NCBI GenBank assembly: GCA_964016885.1
Contig: OZ024742.1
Coordinates: 195,238,001-195,302,000, forward strand
Direction of reading: 5' to 3'
Length of the DNA stretch: 64,000 nucleotides
Source of the DNA: Eledone cirrhosa
Lineage: Eukaryota
A program made the position numbers and the translations under genes. Of this stretch, positions 42,653-56,705 are shown in pieces; the stretch's first letter is position 1; each line of letters begins with the position of its first letter. Under the pieces are notes generated by a model that worked only from the letters and a program-made list of their open reading frames with translations, was not told where the DNA came from and did no database searches.

Positions 42653-44074
42653 CAATATAATATGTAGTATGAGGTAGGAATCGAACTCATAGCCTTATAA
42701 TCATGAGTGTAATATCATAACCACTTGACCACGTTTTTTTTCCCACAGTTCGCTGCCTGGAGAAACGAGAAAGACTTAAAATCTCTAGCATGTTCTTCAA
42801 AATCTGTCTAACATATATCACTGTCTTCACGAAATGATGGAGGCGGGGATCATTAAACTGATTTGAAGAGTTATGTTCACTCAGCAACGGTTCTTATTTG
42901 GAATTCTCCTGTTACATACCACAACCTCTATAATATTTTATTCCAGGCGAATGTTACAAGAGAGAAAAAAAAAAGGAGAGAGGAAAACTAGTTACTGCTC
43001 TGATAAAATTGAACACATGTTTCGAGATACAAAGACTGCCAACTTCTCATCAGAAGTCCATAAATATTTCTCGTTTCTTCTGCGTAGCCTCCTGAACTAC
43101 ATCGATATCAACCAAGCAGTTCACATTAGAAAGAGAAAAGGAACGTATGTATATGTATATGTGCGTGAGTGTGTGCATGTGTGTGTGCGTCTGTATGTGC
43201 GTGTGAAAGTCTGTATGTGTATGTGAAAGTGTATCTGTGTGCTTGTGTTTGTATTAGTATGTTCTACTCTTTGTATACTCGTTCGATTCTATGTGGAGTT
43301 CTCTTTGTCTTTCATTCTAGTTTCCAAGTATTGTCACTACTTATAAATTTATCAATGTCTTTATATATTCTTTTAGATTTCTGGTCAAAGTTTGTTTGAT
43401 TTTTTCTTTTTCTTTCCTTATTATTATTATTACTCTTTTTATTCGGATTTTATTTCAAATAGTTCTGACAACTAATGTCTCATAAGCAATATCGCTGAGA
43501 GATCCTGTCATAGTTTTGCTATAATCTGATTAATATATTCAATTTTCATTCTGCAGTTCTTCTCCATCTTCTGTCATTGTGTTTACCAGTCTTTATCTTG
43601 TTTCTTTTTAGTTTTACTTTTGTTATTGTTGTTGTTCAGCAAAAGTATATTAAGTTAGGATTACTTGTTGCCATACTGCACAAAGATAACCTTAAAGGTG
43701 AGAAGTATACCTATCAAGAATTTCCGCCATAAGTGTGCATCTTACTGGAGGTAGTATACTATCTGTTCGTTGTTTTCATTCATCACCCCGTTATCTGACC
43801 GCTAAAGCAATATTGACCTCGGCAGCGGTCAAACTAAAGCGAAGAGAGTTAAACCAAGAATGAAATACCTTGCAGAATTTAGTTACGGCCCTGTATGAAC
43901 TGATTTCAAACTCCTCCCATTTCAAATTTTTCCTTCCATCCTTCACTGATCGATAAAATAAAGTCAAGTAATGGTTGATTTAATCAACTATAACCTCAAC
44001 CGAAGTGTGTGACCTTGCACCAAAGTTATAAATCAATATATATCATAGAACCAATGGCAATAGTTTCATGGGAT

Positions 44075-44349
44075 ATTTTGAACATGTACTGAAGGCAGTA
44101 GTTTATGAAGATCTTTAGAACATGTAGTGAGGTTGGTCGAGTGTCAGAATCTTTAGAACAGGTATTTAGGTTGGTGGAGTATCAGAGTCTTTAGAACAGG
44201 TAGTGATGTTGGTGGGGTGTAAGGATCTTTAGAACAAGTAGTGAGGTTGGTGGAGTGAAAGGATCTTTAGAATAGGTACTGAGGTTGGTGGAGTGACAGA
44301 GTCTTTAGAACAGGTACTGAGGTTGGTGGAATGTAAGAATCTTTAGAAC
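44075..44349. repeat. Diverged 38-bp tandem repeat (~7 units)
   Basis: TCTTTAGAACAGGTAGTGAGGTTGGTGGAGTG.. units. Confidence 0.85.
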
Positions 44350-45007
44350 GCACAGTATAATCCATTTTCAGCATGTTACCTTTCGTATTTAATTTCGGTT
44401 AAGCTGTTTAAATGACATCATCATGGGCTTCTCGCTAGCCTCAAACTTTCTAGGCATATTCACATCATTTTTTTAATGGCTTATGTGCTTCACACTTCTG
44501 CACCAAGTGAAGAGATGTTGCACGCGAGCTAACTCATTGCTACTGTTTTTGTTTTTCTTCGTCTGTTCTACCTCCAATCTACTTCAGTCCATAACTCTCT
44601 CAATACTTCACCTCAACAGTGAACTCTGCTACCTCAAGTTTGTCTCCTCAATACTTTAAAAACTAACTACACTTCCTATCCCATACTACGATGATATCAC
44701 CACCATCCCTAGAGATTCACCCCCATTAGACGTCCAACATACTGATCTAAACTTTATTCTCTCCTCAACAGGAAGAGGCTAAGAATATTCAACTTTGAAG
44801 TCGGTATTGAGTGTTTCCTCTGTTGATCTAACCAAAGGTTTTCTTTTTTTTCATAACAGAATGCCGGAACCCCAAACGCAGAAATGTGCTTACCTAAATC
44901 AAAATACGTCAGTCACCGTGGAAGCCTGGCTTTCAACACTCAATGATTGATATATTTGTCAATAAGAGGCTCTATAATTTAGCTGTTTTCAATTCAAATA
45001 TATGTGT

Positions 45008-45106
<99 letters not shown>

Positions 45107-45122
45107 CGTGCATGCGTGTGTG

Positions 45123-45540
45123 TGGCATCCCTAAATTATTGAGGTATGGATCTAGAATTCCAGATCTGCACAAGACTGTCAGTGAGATTCTGTATCAGAC
45201 CATTGCCTCCACACTTAAACACTTCTCTAGGTTCACCATCTTCCCCAGGAGCTTTCCCATTTGTTAGTTGTTTAATAGCTGTCTTTACCTCTACTGTAGA
45301 TCGTTTATTTGCAAGAGAATCAATACTTAGACTCTAGGGAAGATTTTCTATTACAATTGTATCAGCATCTGATTCCCTTTTAAGTACTTTTTTAACGTGC
45401 TCTGCCCAACGCATTATTATATCCTGCCGATCTGTCAAGAGATTGCCACCAACAATGATGGGAGATCATTCATCTTGCTTGGTCCAAACACCCGCTTCAA
45501 ATTTCGATAAAAAGACTTCATGTCAAACTTTAAGAGCTTT
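45123..45540 (-). pseudogene. Old RTE/BovB-like LINE fragment
   Basis: Translates with stops as RWAEH..EVKTAIKQLTNGKAPGEDGEPREVFKCGG..QIW..IPQ*FRDA. Confidence 0.8.
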
Positions 45541-45662
45541 CGTTTTTTTCATCTCCCCAATTTTACTTCATTTTTTATAGCTTTGCTTGAATATATATAT
45601 TACTGTATCTTCCTCCCTATATATATATTGAAAATTGCAAACTTGACTGTCACCACATATTA

Positions 45663-45701
45663 TGAACCTGAAGATTGCGAAAGCATGAAAGTACTTGTTC
45701 A
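45663..45701 (+). ncRNA. Minimal 39-nt type I hammerhead
   Basis: TGAAC-CTGAAGA-TTGC gaaa GCAT-GAAA-GTAC-TT-GTTCA. Confidence 0.8.
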
Positions 45702-45813
45702 ATTAACACTTAGAATTTAATATTCTATCATACTATTTCATTATAATACCATTATATATTTTAAAGGATTGTAAATAAAACGAGTAAATCAGACAAAGTT
45801 GGAATTTCTCTTA

Positions 45814-45861
<48 letters not shown>

Positions 45862-45882
45862 TATATACCACACGCACACACA

Positions 45883-45925
<43 letters not shown>

Positions 45926-45984
45926 ATACACACACACACACATACACATACACACACACACACATACACACACACACACACACA

Positions 45985-46046
<62 letters not shown>

Positions 46047-46160
46047 TATATATATATATATTTATATACATATATATATGCATATATATAAAAATACAAC
46101 ACGTGGTTCGAGTCATTCACAGATTTGCATTTGTTTGGTAAACACAGATGGTTATCTTCT

Positions 46161-46255
46161 TCTCCTTTGGTGAACAACCAAGAATTTAACTGCTGTGATT
46201 TACGGATTAATAGGTGAAATATATTTCTTACTTAAAGAAATATATACAAAGGAGA
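46161..46255 (+). ncRNA. Type I hammerhead with G3-C8 core variant
   Basis: TCTCCTTTG-GTGAACA-ACC...GGT-GAAA-TATATTTCT tacttaa AGAAATATA-TA-CAAAGGAGA. Confidence 0.8.
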
Positions 46256-46767
46256 TTAATCATTTAAAAAGGTATCTATATTTGAAGTTCTAGTTAAACT
46301 TTAATTAGTTACCTACCTAGCTATGTGTGCTTACATTCTTTACAAATTATTCCCTGTGATTGTTTGATATGTTTATTTTATATATATATATATATATATG
46401 TCAATCTATTTCTAGTTGATATGTAATGCTCGGACCTAATCTTAGAGCTTATTCTACGGTGGATATGGCGCATGTTCTCAGACATAACAACCCTTAATTT
46501 TAATTTTGGATATATATACGGCCCCTTGATTGTTGAACTAATTCAGTTGAATAGGCTCGGCTGCTATTTCTGGCTGTCGATGGTCCTATTCACGCCACTA
46601 GGATGACGTTGTGCAATGTGTGTATTTTTTTAAAAAATACAACACGTGGTTCGAGTCATTCACAGATTTGCATTTGCTTTGTAAACGCAGATGGTTATTT
46701 TCTTCTCCTTTGGTGACCATCCAAGAATTTAACTGCTGTGATTTACGGATTAATAGGTGAAATATTT

Positions 46768-47531
46768 GGAAAAAATGAAACGAAATTTCATTTCCCACAC
46801 TTAGTACGGCTGTTACTTAAATATAAGTATGTACACGTACATACATATATGTATACAGACGTACAGTAGTATGTATATATATATACATACATGCACACAA
46901 ATATATACATGCACGCATGGATTCACCGAACATTTATTATAATGCTCGGTGTGTTTGTAAACAAACATCCCGTATTAAGCCGTAGTGTCTAGCAACCATC
47001 GTTACTCGTTTGTTCAACACTGACAAAGGAACGTTGTACTAGTTTCAAGCTTATTAGCTATCGTCAGCAACGTATACCTTTCTGCCAGATTGTTGTACGT
47101 ATATACTTACCTTATGCATATTAACGGCTGAGTAGCCCAATTTGCATATCGAGTGGGTTAATCGGCCGGGTGCACCGAAAACGATAAACGGAAAAAATGA
47201 AACGAAATTTCATTTCCCACTCTTAGTACGGCTGTTACTTAAATATAATTATGTACACGTACATATATGTATGTATACAGACGTACAGTAGTATGTATAT
47301 ATATATACATACATGCACACATATATATACATGTACGCATGGATTCACCGAACATTTATTATAATGCTCAGTGTGTTTGTAAACAAACATCCCGTATTAA
47401 GCCGTAGTGTCTAGCAACCATCGTTGTTTCAAGCTTATTAGCTATCGTCAGCAACGTATACCTTCCTGCCAGATTGTTAAACGTATATACTTACCTTATG
47501 CATATAAATGGCTGAGTAGCCCAATTTGCAT
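46768..47531 (-). mobile_element. Retrozyme-like tandem with 422-bp unit (31846 family)
   Basis: GGAAAAAATGAAACG at 46768 and 47190. Confidence 0.87.
47031..47073 (-). ncRNA. Minimal type I hammerhead
   Basis: ACGTTG-CTGACGA-TAGCT aata AGCTT-GAAA-CTAG-TA-CAACGT. The sister motif at 47422-47457 lacks stem III and the cleavage site. Confidence 0.88.
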
Positions 47532-48861
47532 AAATATATTTCTTACTTAAAGAAATATATACAAAGGAGATTAATCATTTTAAAAGGTATCTATATTTGA
47601 AGGTCTAGTTAAACCTTAATTAGTTACCTACCTAGCTATGTGTGCTTACATTCTTTACAAATTATTCGCTGTGATTGTTTCATATGTTTATTTTATATAT
47701 ATATATGTCAATCTATTTCTAGTTGATATGTAATGCTCGGATCTAATCTTTGAGCTTATTCTACGGTGGATATGGCGCATGTCTCTCAGACATATCAACC
47801 CTTAATTTTAATTTCGGATATATATATACATATATAAACGGTCCAGGAAATTACACCTTTATTACATAGGAGTTCTACAATTTGGTTAATATCATCATAG
47901 AATTAGTGGACAAGTGTAATGCCATGGTATTCTGCTATGGTAACATGTACATACAAGAAGCTCCTCTCCACTAAATCAACAATCCTCTCCTCTGTACGTA
48001 TTACTGTCGTTTACAAGCATTCTGTGTGAGTAGCATGGTCAAATGATTAACAGGTTTGTTTCGCCATTATAAAGTGTCCTTTACTATAGTTTTGTGTGAA
48101 TCAATACCTCATGAGTTAAATTCGGTAGTCAGAAACTAACTGGAAGCTCGTTGGATGGACTGTACTTGTAATTCTCAAAAGAGCCGTTATTTCCCACTCA
48201 GTGACCCCATTTGCTCATGATACAGAGACATGGAGAGGGCGAGAGAGAGGTGGAGGCGACGACAGTGGGAGTTCGGCACTTCCATGTTCGGACCCGGTGC
48301 GCAGCGTCAGTTGGCAGGTAGGGAGGTAGTGATTGTAGCGAAGGTTTCTAGAACCTTGTGTTTGCGATTCCCGTATGTATTATGAAGAAGTAGAGCTAAC
48401 TTTCACCTAAGCAATAGTTTATATCTGACCAAACCACTTTCAGATTCTTTTTTTCCCTCTTTCCATGTTGCGCTTAATCTCTCTGAAAAGTACGTTAAAG
48501 AGTACACCTGCTTGTCGAATGCTTAGCCACTTACACAACAGTACAGGATGAAGTGTTCCAGCAAATCAAAAGGCCAGCATTGTCAATGTCCAATATTATG
48601 TCATGCTGTATTACTATGGGAATTACATTAGAGGTACATGCGTCTGGAGGATGCTCAGGTACTTACATGTCAAATTCATGACCAGAGTATTCCAGCAATT
48701 GAACAATTGGAATATGTAACATCAAGACACCGATGGAGGTTCATTTCATCCTATCGACATTCTAATATTCTATCCAGTCTAACACTGCCATTACCAATTA
48801 TATATATACACACACACACATATATATGTGTGTGTGTGTGTATGTGTATGTATATATATAT

Positions 48862-48926
<65 letters not shown>

Positions 48927-49103
48927 TATATACATATATATATACGTGTATATATACATATGCACACAGAAATATATATACATATATACATACATATATA
49001 TATATACATATATATATATACATATATATATACATATATATATACATATATATACATATATATATACATATATATATACATATATATATATATACATATA
49101 TAT

Positions 49104-49164
<61 letters not shown>

Positions 49165-49205
49165 TTTGGCGTAGACATTACAATAGAACGGGAGGGAAAA
49201 AAACA

Positions 49206-49250
49206 ATAGTACCACTGATGATGTCACAGGTGTGACGAAAGAACTTTGAT

Positions 49251-49257
<7 letters not shown>
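49206..49257 (+). ncRNA. Degenerate hammerhead related to PLE-1
   Basis: CTGATGA-TGTCACA gg TGTGAC-GAAA-GAAC-TT; stem I imperfect. Confidence 0.55.
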
Positions 49258-49290
<33 letters not shown>

Positions 49291-49291
<1 letters not shown>

Positions 49292-50344
49292 TAGCAGAGG
49301 TACCCGGCGTTTCTCGGGTATTAAATACCAGTTATGTATACCAGTTATGACAATACTTCAGTGCTGCTTGGAAAACTATACTTTTACAAAATCATCGGCT
49401 TTTTCTAAAAGGTGGTTCTTGCCCCCAGGGGCCCCCTACTCAATATGTGCCAATTCTGAGAGTTCACATTCATCTGTAGAAGAAACGTAACCCCTATGTC
49501 AAGTTTTGTGAAAATCGGTTGCGTACTCCAGAAGTTATGACGTTCTGTTGCATTGCACTGCAGTGCTTCAGTCGACTCCAAGGAAATGGTTAAAGGGGGT
49601 TATCTGGCGGGAGGCCCTATAATCAATAACTGGAAAAATGAAAGTGCCCATGACCATCCGGAGTACATAAGTAACCTATGTCTTAAGTTTGGTGAAAATA
49701 CTGTAGAAATGCATAATGTTTACACACACGCGCGCGTGCGCGTGTTTGTGTGTGTGTGTGCGTGTGTATTTGTGTGTGCGTATGTATGTGTATGTCCGTC
49801 GGCGCATACGTATGTACTGGCCTAAATCTTCACTATTTACTTTTACTATTTTAAGGCAAAGTTAATATCCCGTCGAGGTTAACTTTGCCTTTCATCCTTA
49901 CGGGATCGATAAAATAAAGTACCAGTAATATACTGGGTTTTGGCTGGCCTTGTGCCAAAAGTAGAAACAACTATTTTAATAACCTGTGTCATTTTCGTTT
50001 ACAATTTTATTTACATCATTCTTAAACACCGGGGCTGGAAATCATTCGGTTATTTTAAATAGAATATTAGTCTAACGATTCCATTTACACCATAAACTTG
50101 GTCTTGTCTTTGCATGAAATTGTTCTTCTCAGTCCACATAACGATGTAATATCCTCGCTTTTTTTCCGTTCATTCGAACCAAAATATCGTCTTCCTGTTT
50201 TCCTTTGGATGCAACGTTTCTCGAAATATTTAATTCTGCGTCGACAGATAAAATTTATTAGTTTAAGAAGATCCCGTTAATGTTGAAAGTAGCGATTCTT
50301 TGCTTAAACTTTCTTTCTTTCTCAACCCTCTCCCTTTTTTCCCA

Positions 50345-50408
<64 letters not shown>

Positions 50409-50486
50409 CATACCCCCTCTCTAACTCTTCCTCCGACAGAATGGAGAACAATAAAGAACGCGCAGATATCTCTCTCTCTCTGTCTT

Positions 50487-50524
<38 letters not shown>

Positions 50525-50540
50525 AACCAGCGTTCGTCCC

Positions 50541-50590
<50 letters not shown>

Positions 50591-51367
50591 GATTATCTTG
50601 TACCTCTCTCTGTATAACGACCTATCTCACGCTCTCTCTCTACATCTCCCTTTCTCTCTTTAGATGTGTATGTATATGTGTGTGTGTGTGATATATATAG
50701 AGAGAGAGTTGCAACATGTATGTAGTTTCATAGATTTTTGAGGGTATAAACAGAGCATATAAATAAATTTACAGTAAAATAACATAACAAATATATTTTA
50801 AATATATACATAAACTACAATATTAAAGAAAATGTAAAGGAAGGGGTGAACAACGGAGCCAACACCAGAGCAAAAGTCAGCAACGTCGCGAGTACTGGGC
50901 AACCTCTAATTTTGAGGCAAGCCAGCACGCTCGCAGCGAGGCTGATGCGCTGAAATATTGTTTTAAAATACTTTTTAATGGAAATGAAGCAAAATGGAAG
51001 CTTAATGTTGAAACTTCGAATTCATGAATTTTGCAGGTGAAAATTTTGCTGGCCCGAAAACTGTTCGCGTATTTTTGTACGCGTAGTTTATTCGTAACGT
51101 AAATAGGATAAACAAATGACGCCATAAAAGAGAAATAACTCGTCTCTCATCTCTATTTATACATTTGAACCGAAAAATCAATACATTACAAATTCGATTT
51201 TTGCACTTGGCGTGGGTCGATTTGAAAAACTTTTTGACCGATGTCTCCGCCGGACCTTCATCTATAAGTGTAGCAATTTCACCGAAATTTGAACGTACGG
51301 TTTAAGAGGAGATGTGTGCCGACCGTTTTAGTAGACAGACAGACAACCTCAATTTTATATATAGAGA
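49291..51367 (-). mobile_element. Non-autonomous Helitron with nested SINE fragment (49862-49975) and other repeats
   Basis: Minus strand: A|TCTCTATATATAAAA ... CCCGAG aaacg CCGGG hairpin, then CTAG|T. Confidence 0.82.
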
Positions 51368-52036
51368 TTTGTATCTGTATTTTTAACTGTCGGTCAATCA
51401 ATGATAAACATTGATTGCCAGATAAATTAACTATGGAGATATAAATGATTCAGAATCGAAAACCAATCCAAAACAAACAGTGAGTGTGTTCTGTTATTAT
51501 TTCTGGCAATATTATATCAATATGACCATCCCCAAATATAACAACATACATATATATTCATATATATTTATATATGTATACTACTCTCTTATTCTATTAC
51601 GCGTTCCAGCCGACAAGCTAAGGCCAATCTATGGTACCGCCAAATGTTTATATATATATATATATATAATTAATTCGAGTACGTATTAGTTAATCACCAT
51701 CTCTTCAGTATTCAGAATTAAGCACTCAACGAATTACGCAAGTGGGTGTGTTTACTCAGAAGTATATTTATAAACATGAAGTACAAGTCAACAGTTTAAA
51801 ATTAACTTCCTTTATTCATAGAGGCTGTTAAAATGTATTTCGGTGATAATCATTATGTAACAGCTATGACCTCATCCGAAAACTAGAATTTGAACAGAAA
51901 AAAAAAACATAAAGATGAAATAAAGATTACTTCTGTTGTTTTGATTCATTGATATGCTTCGGGCTAAAATTTGGTGTTGGCAACCGGATCCTTGAATAAA
52001 CGATGTTAATTTTAACCTGTAGACCTGTAATTCCTG

Positions 52037-52077
<41 letters not shown>

Positions 52078-52094
52078 TTATATATATATATATA

Positions 52095-52278
52095 TCCTTT
52101 GGGAGCCCCTACATGGACACACTAGAAGAGGAAGACCAAGGTTAACGTATGTTGATGCCCTAAGGACAGACACTGGTCTGTTGGAGATGCAGGACATGGC
52201 AGCGATAATGAGGGATAGAGACCGCTGGAGAGAACTCGTCCATGGATCTCGGGAATTTTACCCGCCTTAGATAGATAT
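52095..52278 (+). pseudogene. 3' tip of an RTE/RTE-X-like LINE
   Basis: LWEPLHGHTRRGRPRLTYVDALRTDTG..MRDRDRWRELV* followed by a short (TAGA)n tail. Confidence 0.8.
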
Positions 52279-52541
52279 ATCTTATATATACCGATTGTGT
52301 TGTTATTTCTGTTTACCTTTTAAATATATATATACATATATATATAAATATATATATCGTTGCTCTGGTATACATATTGTGTGTTAGTTTAGCCTACCAC
52401 AATGTTCGATTTGTCAAGCTTTTTAAACGTATGTTATTACTCTATGGACCTATCTTATCGAGTGCTTTGCTAACTCATCATTTCATATAAGTAGGCCGAA
52501 TTCACTTGCAAACCGCCAGAGATTCGATTTTACTGATTTCC

Positions 52542-52594
<53 letters not shown>

Positions 52595-52625
52595 AAGTGT
52601 TGTTAACCTTCATATCATGTCCTCA

Positions 52626-52696
52626 TATTTTATCTGATGAAAACACAAATGTTATTGCCTGATGATATTTGTTTTTGAAATGCGCATAATAAAATA
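52626..52696 (+). ncRNA. Type I hammerhead (PLE-2 family, solo fragment in (TA)n)
   Basis: TATTTTAT-CTGATGA-AAACACAAATGTTATT..GATGATATTTGTTTTT-GAAA-TGCGCA-TA-ATAAAATA. Confidence 0.8.
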
Positions 52697-52726
52697 CATG
52701 GAACTCATTTAACCATCTTTTGATCT

Positions 52727-52808
<82 letters not shown>

Positions 52809-53243
52809 ATATTAATAAATTTGAAGACTAAAATCCAAAGAGGGCTCAATAAGGATAAATATATATCAAATATATAAGACCCGTAGAGCAAATATTTATT
52901 AAAATAACAGATTAAAGTTTAAGCAACGAATCGCTGCTTTCCCCCTTAACGGGATCTTCTGAAACTCGTTTCAGAAGATCCCGTTAAGGGTGAAAGCAGC
53001 GATTCTTTGCTTAAACTTTAATCTGTTATTTTAATAAATATATATATATATATATATATATATGCATCAGCAAGGAATCTTACTTCATTAACAAATACGG
53101 ACCCCGTCTAAACACTTCTCCCTAAGACGAACCCACAACATACACACGTTAACATACATACCTACATCAGCACACATCTCCACCCATATATAAACACAAT
53201 GACATACGTAAACACACATGCTCTATGGTGCAACACAGAAAAA

Positions 53244-53282
<39 letters not shown>

Positions 53283-53644
53283 ATGTATATATATATAGTG
53301 AATATATGTATGTGTATATATATGTAGTGAATATCATTTCACACCTTTTATTGTTAAGATTTTTGATGTTCTATTAAGAGAACCGATTTTACTGAAAAAA
53401 TCGAATAATGTACACCATTTTACCAGGGGGAAAAAAATACTGGTCCACCCACACACACACACATATATACACACACACATACACACGCGTACATTAACAT
53501 ACAAAGAGACTTATACACACACACACACACGCACTTCTCCGTATAAGACAAAAGCTGAAAAATATCTTTTGACATGCTAAAATACCCCCCATTGCTTTCA
53601 GACACATTCTTACTGACCATCCCTGCTACCACGAATTACTCTGC

Positions 53645-53703
<59 letters not shown>

Positions 53704-54299
53704 ATCTTAATAGCCATTTGACACACATCCCTGCTAACTATTATCACAACATCGAATACCTTACTACTACTACTACACACACACACACACACACACACAT
53801 ATTTGTTGTGAAAGAGTCATTTCTCAATCTTGGCGCAAAACCAATTTTTTATTCACATGACCTCTACCGACCAATCAAAATTGTTTTGACCACAAGAAAT
53901 TTTGCAAACACCAAATAACGCTGGAGCCACTTTTTTAACATAAAAACAGTCTTGGCGTAAAATCAATTTTTTACATTCACATGACCTCTACCGACCAATC
54001 AAAATTGTTTTGACCACAAGAATTTTTGCAACACCAAAGTAACGCTGGAGCCACTTTCTTAACATAAAAACAGGTAGAATTCCCAAAACTAATCAGATTA
54101 GAGCAAACAACACGGACACTCTATCTCAAAATTATTTTTGAAAAGCATTTAGAAATGCGCAACCGGTAAAAACTTAAAAAACTTAAAACCACAACTGAAT
54201 ACTAACCCATACAATCACTAATACTCTTTTATTCCTAATTAAACCATTTTTCAACTGTGAACAATTTGTCAGCATTTTCTATTCCGTTTACCAATATAT

Positions 54300-54335
<36 letters not shown>

Positions 54336-54464
54336 ATTCATTTATTCATGTTTATACATGGAACAAAAGCGATACCCAATCTTCCAATGCCTAATATTGA
54401 CCATATCTCTGGAAATGCAAGAGGGATAAAAATTGTGACCTATATTCAGGCGCTCATACGAGTG

Positions 54465-54525
<61 letters not shown>

Positions 54526-54943
54526 ATAAATAGAGGATCCACTTTATTTTGACTTTGCAAGATAAATACAAGCTCAATGTGCTGTTGTTACTATCAGCAA
54601 TCACACAGACCAAACGAGAATGAAATAAAGCATCCAAGAGTTAAGATCCGAAAAAGAAGAACATTTAGAATATCTCAGAGCATAAATGTGTTAAAAGAAT
54701 GACCAAAGTTCTTGCTATAATCAAATCAGTCATTATCCTATGCACGTTTCGTGAACAAGGAAAAGTACTTTTAACTTGGTTGTATAAAATGTACATGTGA
54801 ACATTATAACGAACCATATTGGTTAGATTGTAAGTAGTGCGAGTTACGCTACTGATGGTCGAGGTGGTGATGGTGGTGGTGGTGGTGGTGGTAGTGGTGG
54901 TGGTGGTGGTGGTGGTGGTAGTGGTGGTGGTGGAAGTCATGGT

Positions 54944-55021
<78 letters not shown>

Positions 55022-55111
55022 TGTGTGTGTTTGTGTGTGTGTTTGTGTGTGTTTGTGTGTGCGTTTGTGTGTGTCTGTGTATCTGTATCTGTATATGTAT
55101 ATATATATATT

Positions 55112-55160
<49 letters not shown>

Positions 55161-55163
<3 letters not shown>

Positions 55164-56522
55164 ACCACCACCACCATTACCATCATAACTACCACCACCA
55201 CCACCACTACCACCATTACCAACATAACTACCACCACCATTACCACCATTACCACCACTACCACCATAACTACCACCACCACCACCACCACCACCACTAC
55301 CACCATTACCAACATAACTACCAATACCACCAGCACTACTACTCTTAGCACCATAACTACCACCACCACCACTACTACCATTACCAACATAACTACCAAC
55401 ACCACCACCACTACTACCATTACCAACATAACTACCAACACCACCACCCCCACCACTACCACCATTACCAACATAACTACCAACACCACCACCACTACCA
55501 CCTTTACCAACATAACTACCAACACCACCACCCCCACCACTACCACCATTACCAACATAACTACCAACACCACCACCACTACCACCATTACCACCATAAC
55601 TACCACCACCACCACCACCACTGCCACCATTACCAATATAACTACCACCACCACCACTACCACCATTACCACCATAACTACCACCACCACCACCACTGCC
55701 ACCATTACCAATATAACTACCACCACCACCACTACCACCATTACCAACATAACTACCAACACCACCACCCCCACCACTACCACCATTACCACCATAACTA
55801 CCAACACCACCACTACCAGCATTACCAACATAACTACCAACACCACCACCACTACCACCATTACCACCATAACTACCACCACCACCACCACTACCACCAT
55901 TACCACCATAACTACCAACACCACCACCCCCACCACTACCACCATTACCACCATAACTACCAACACCACCACTACCAGCATTACCAACATAACTACCAAC
56001 ACCACCACCCCCACCACTACCACCATTACCACCATAACTACCAACACCACCACTACCACCATTACCACCATAACTACCAACACCACCACTACCAGCATTA
56101 CCAACATAACTACCAACACCACCACCACTACCACCATTACCAACATAACTACCAACACCACCACCCCCACCACTACCACCATTACCACCATAACTACCAA
56201 CACCACCACCACTACCACCATTACCAACATAACTACCAACACCACCACCCCCACCACTACCACCATTACCACCATAACTACCAACACCACCACCACTACC
56301 ACCATTACCACCATAACTACCAACACCACCACTACCACCATTACCACCATAACTACCAACACCACCACCACTACCACCATTACCATCATAACTACCATTA
56401 CCACCAAGACCACCAAGACCACCACCGGCACTACTACCACTACCAACATAACTACCATTACCACCACCTCCACCACCATTACCATCATAACTACCACCAC
56501 CACCTCCACCGCCGCCACTACT
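55161..56522. repeat. (ACC)n-derived minisatellite, ~33-42-bp units
   Basis: ACCATTACCAACATAACTACCAACACCACCACCACTACC units. Confidence 0.9.
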
Positions 56523-56705
56523 GCTAAACTGCCGTGTTGGTTACGTCACACAGACTTAAGTGTCTACTAGATGTAAGAAGACTTAACTCTAATCAAGTCA
56601 ACAGGTGAACAACCTCTCTCTCTCTCTCACCTGTCTCTCTCTCCCCCTCTCTTTCCCCCTCTCTCTCTCTCTACATCTATCTCGCTTCATAACTTCCTCT
56701 CTCTC

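Larger units (their letters stand above)
46091..47822 (+). mobile_element. Retrozyme-like tandem with ~543-bp unit; second unit interrupted by another retrozyme
   Basis: AAAATACAACACGTGG at 46091 and 46634; unit 2 resumes near 47532. Confidence 0.82.

Noticed and set aside
44075-44349. Relationship to the large 38-bp satellite
   Set aside because: Same period but only GAGGTTG is shared; likely coincidence.
54665-56570. Thr-rich mucin-like / Val-rich ORFs
   Set aside because: Trinucleotide-derived repeat running through dinucleotide microsatellites; no exon evidence, although a mucin exon cannot be fully excluded.
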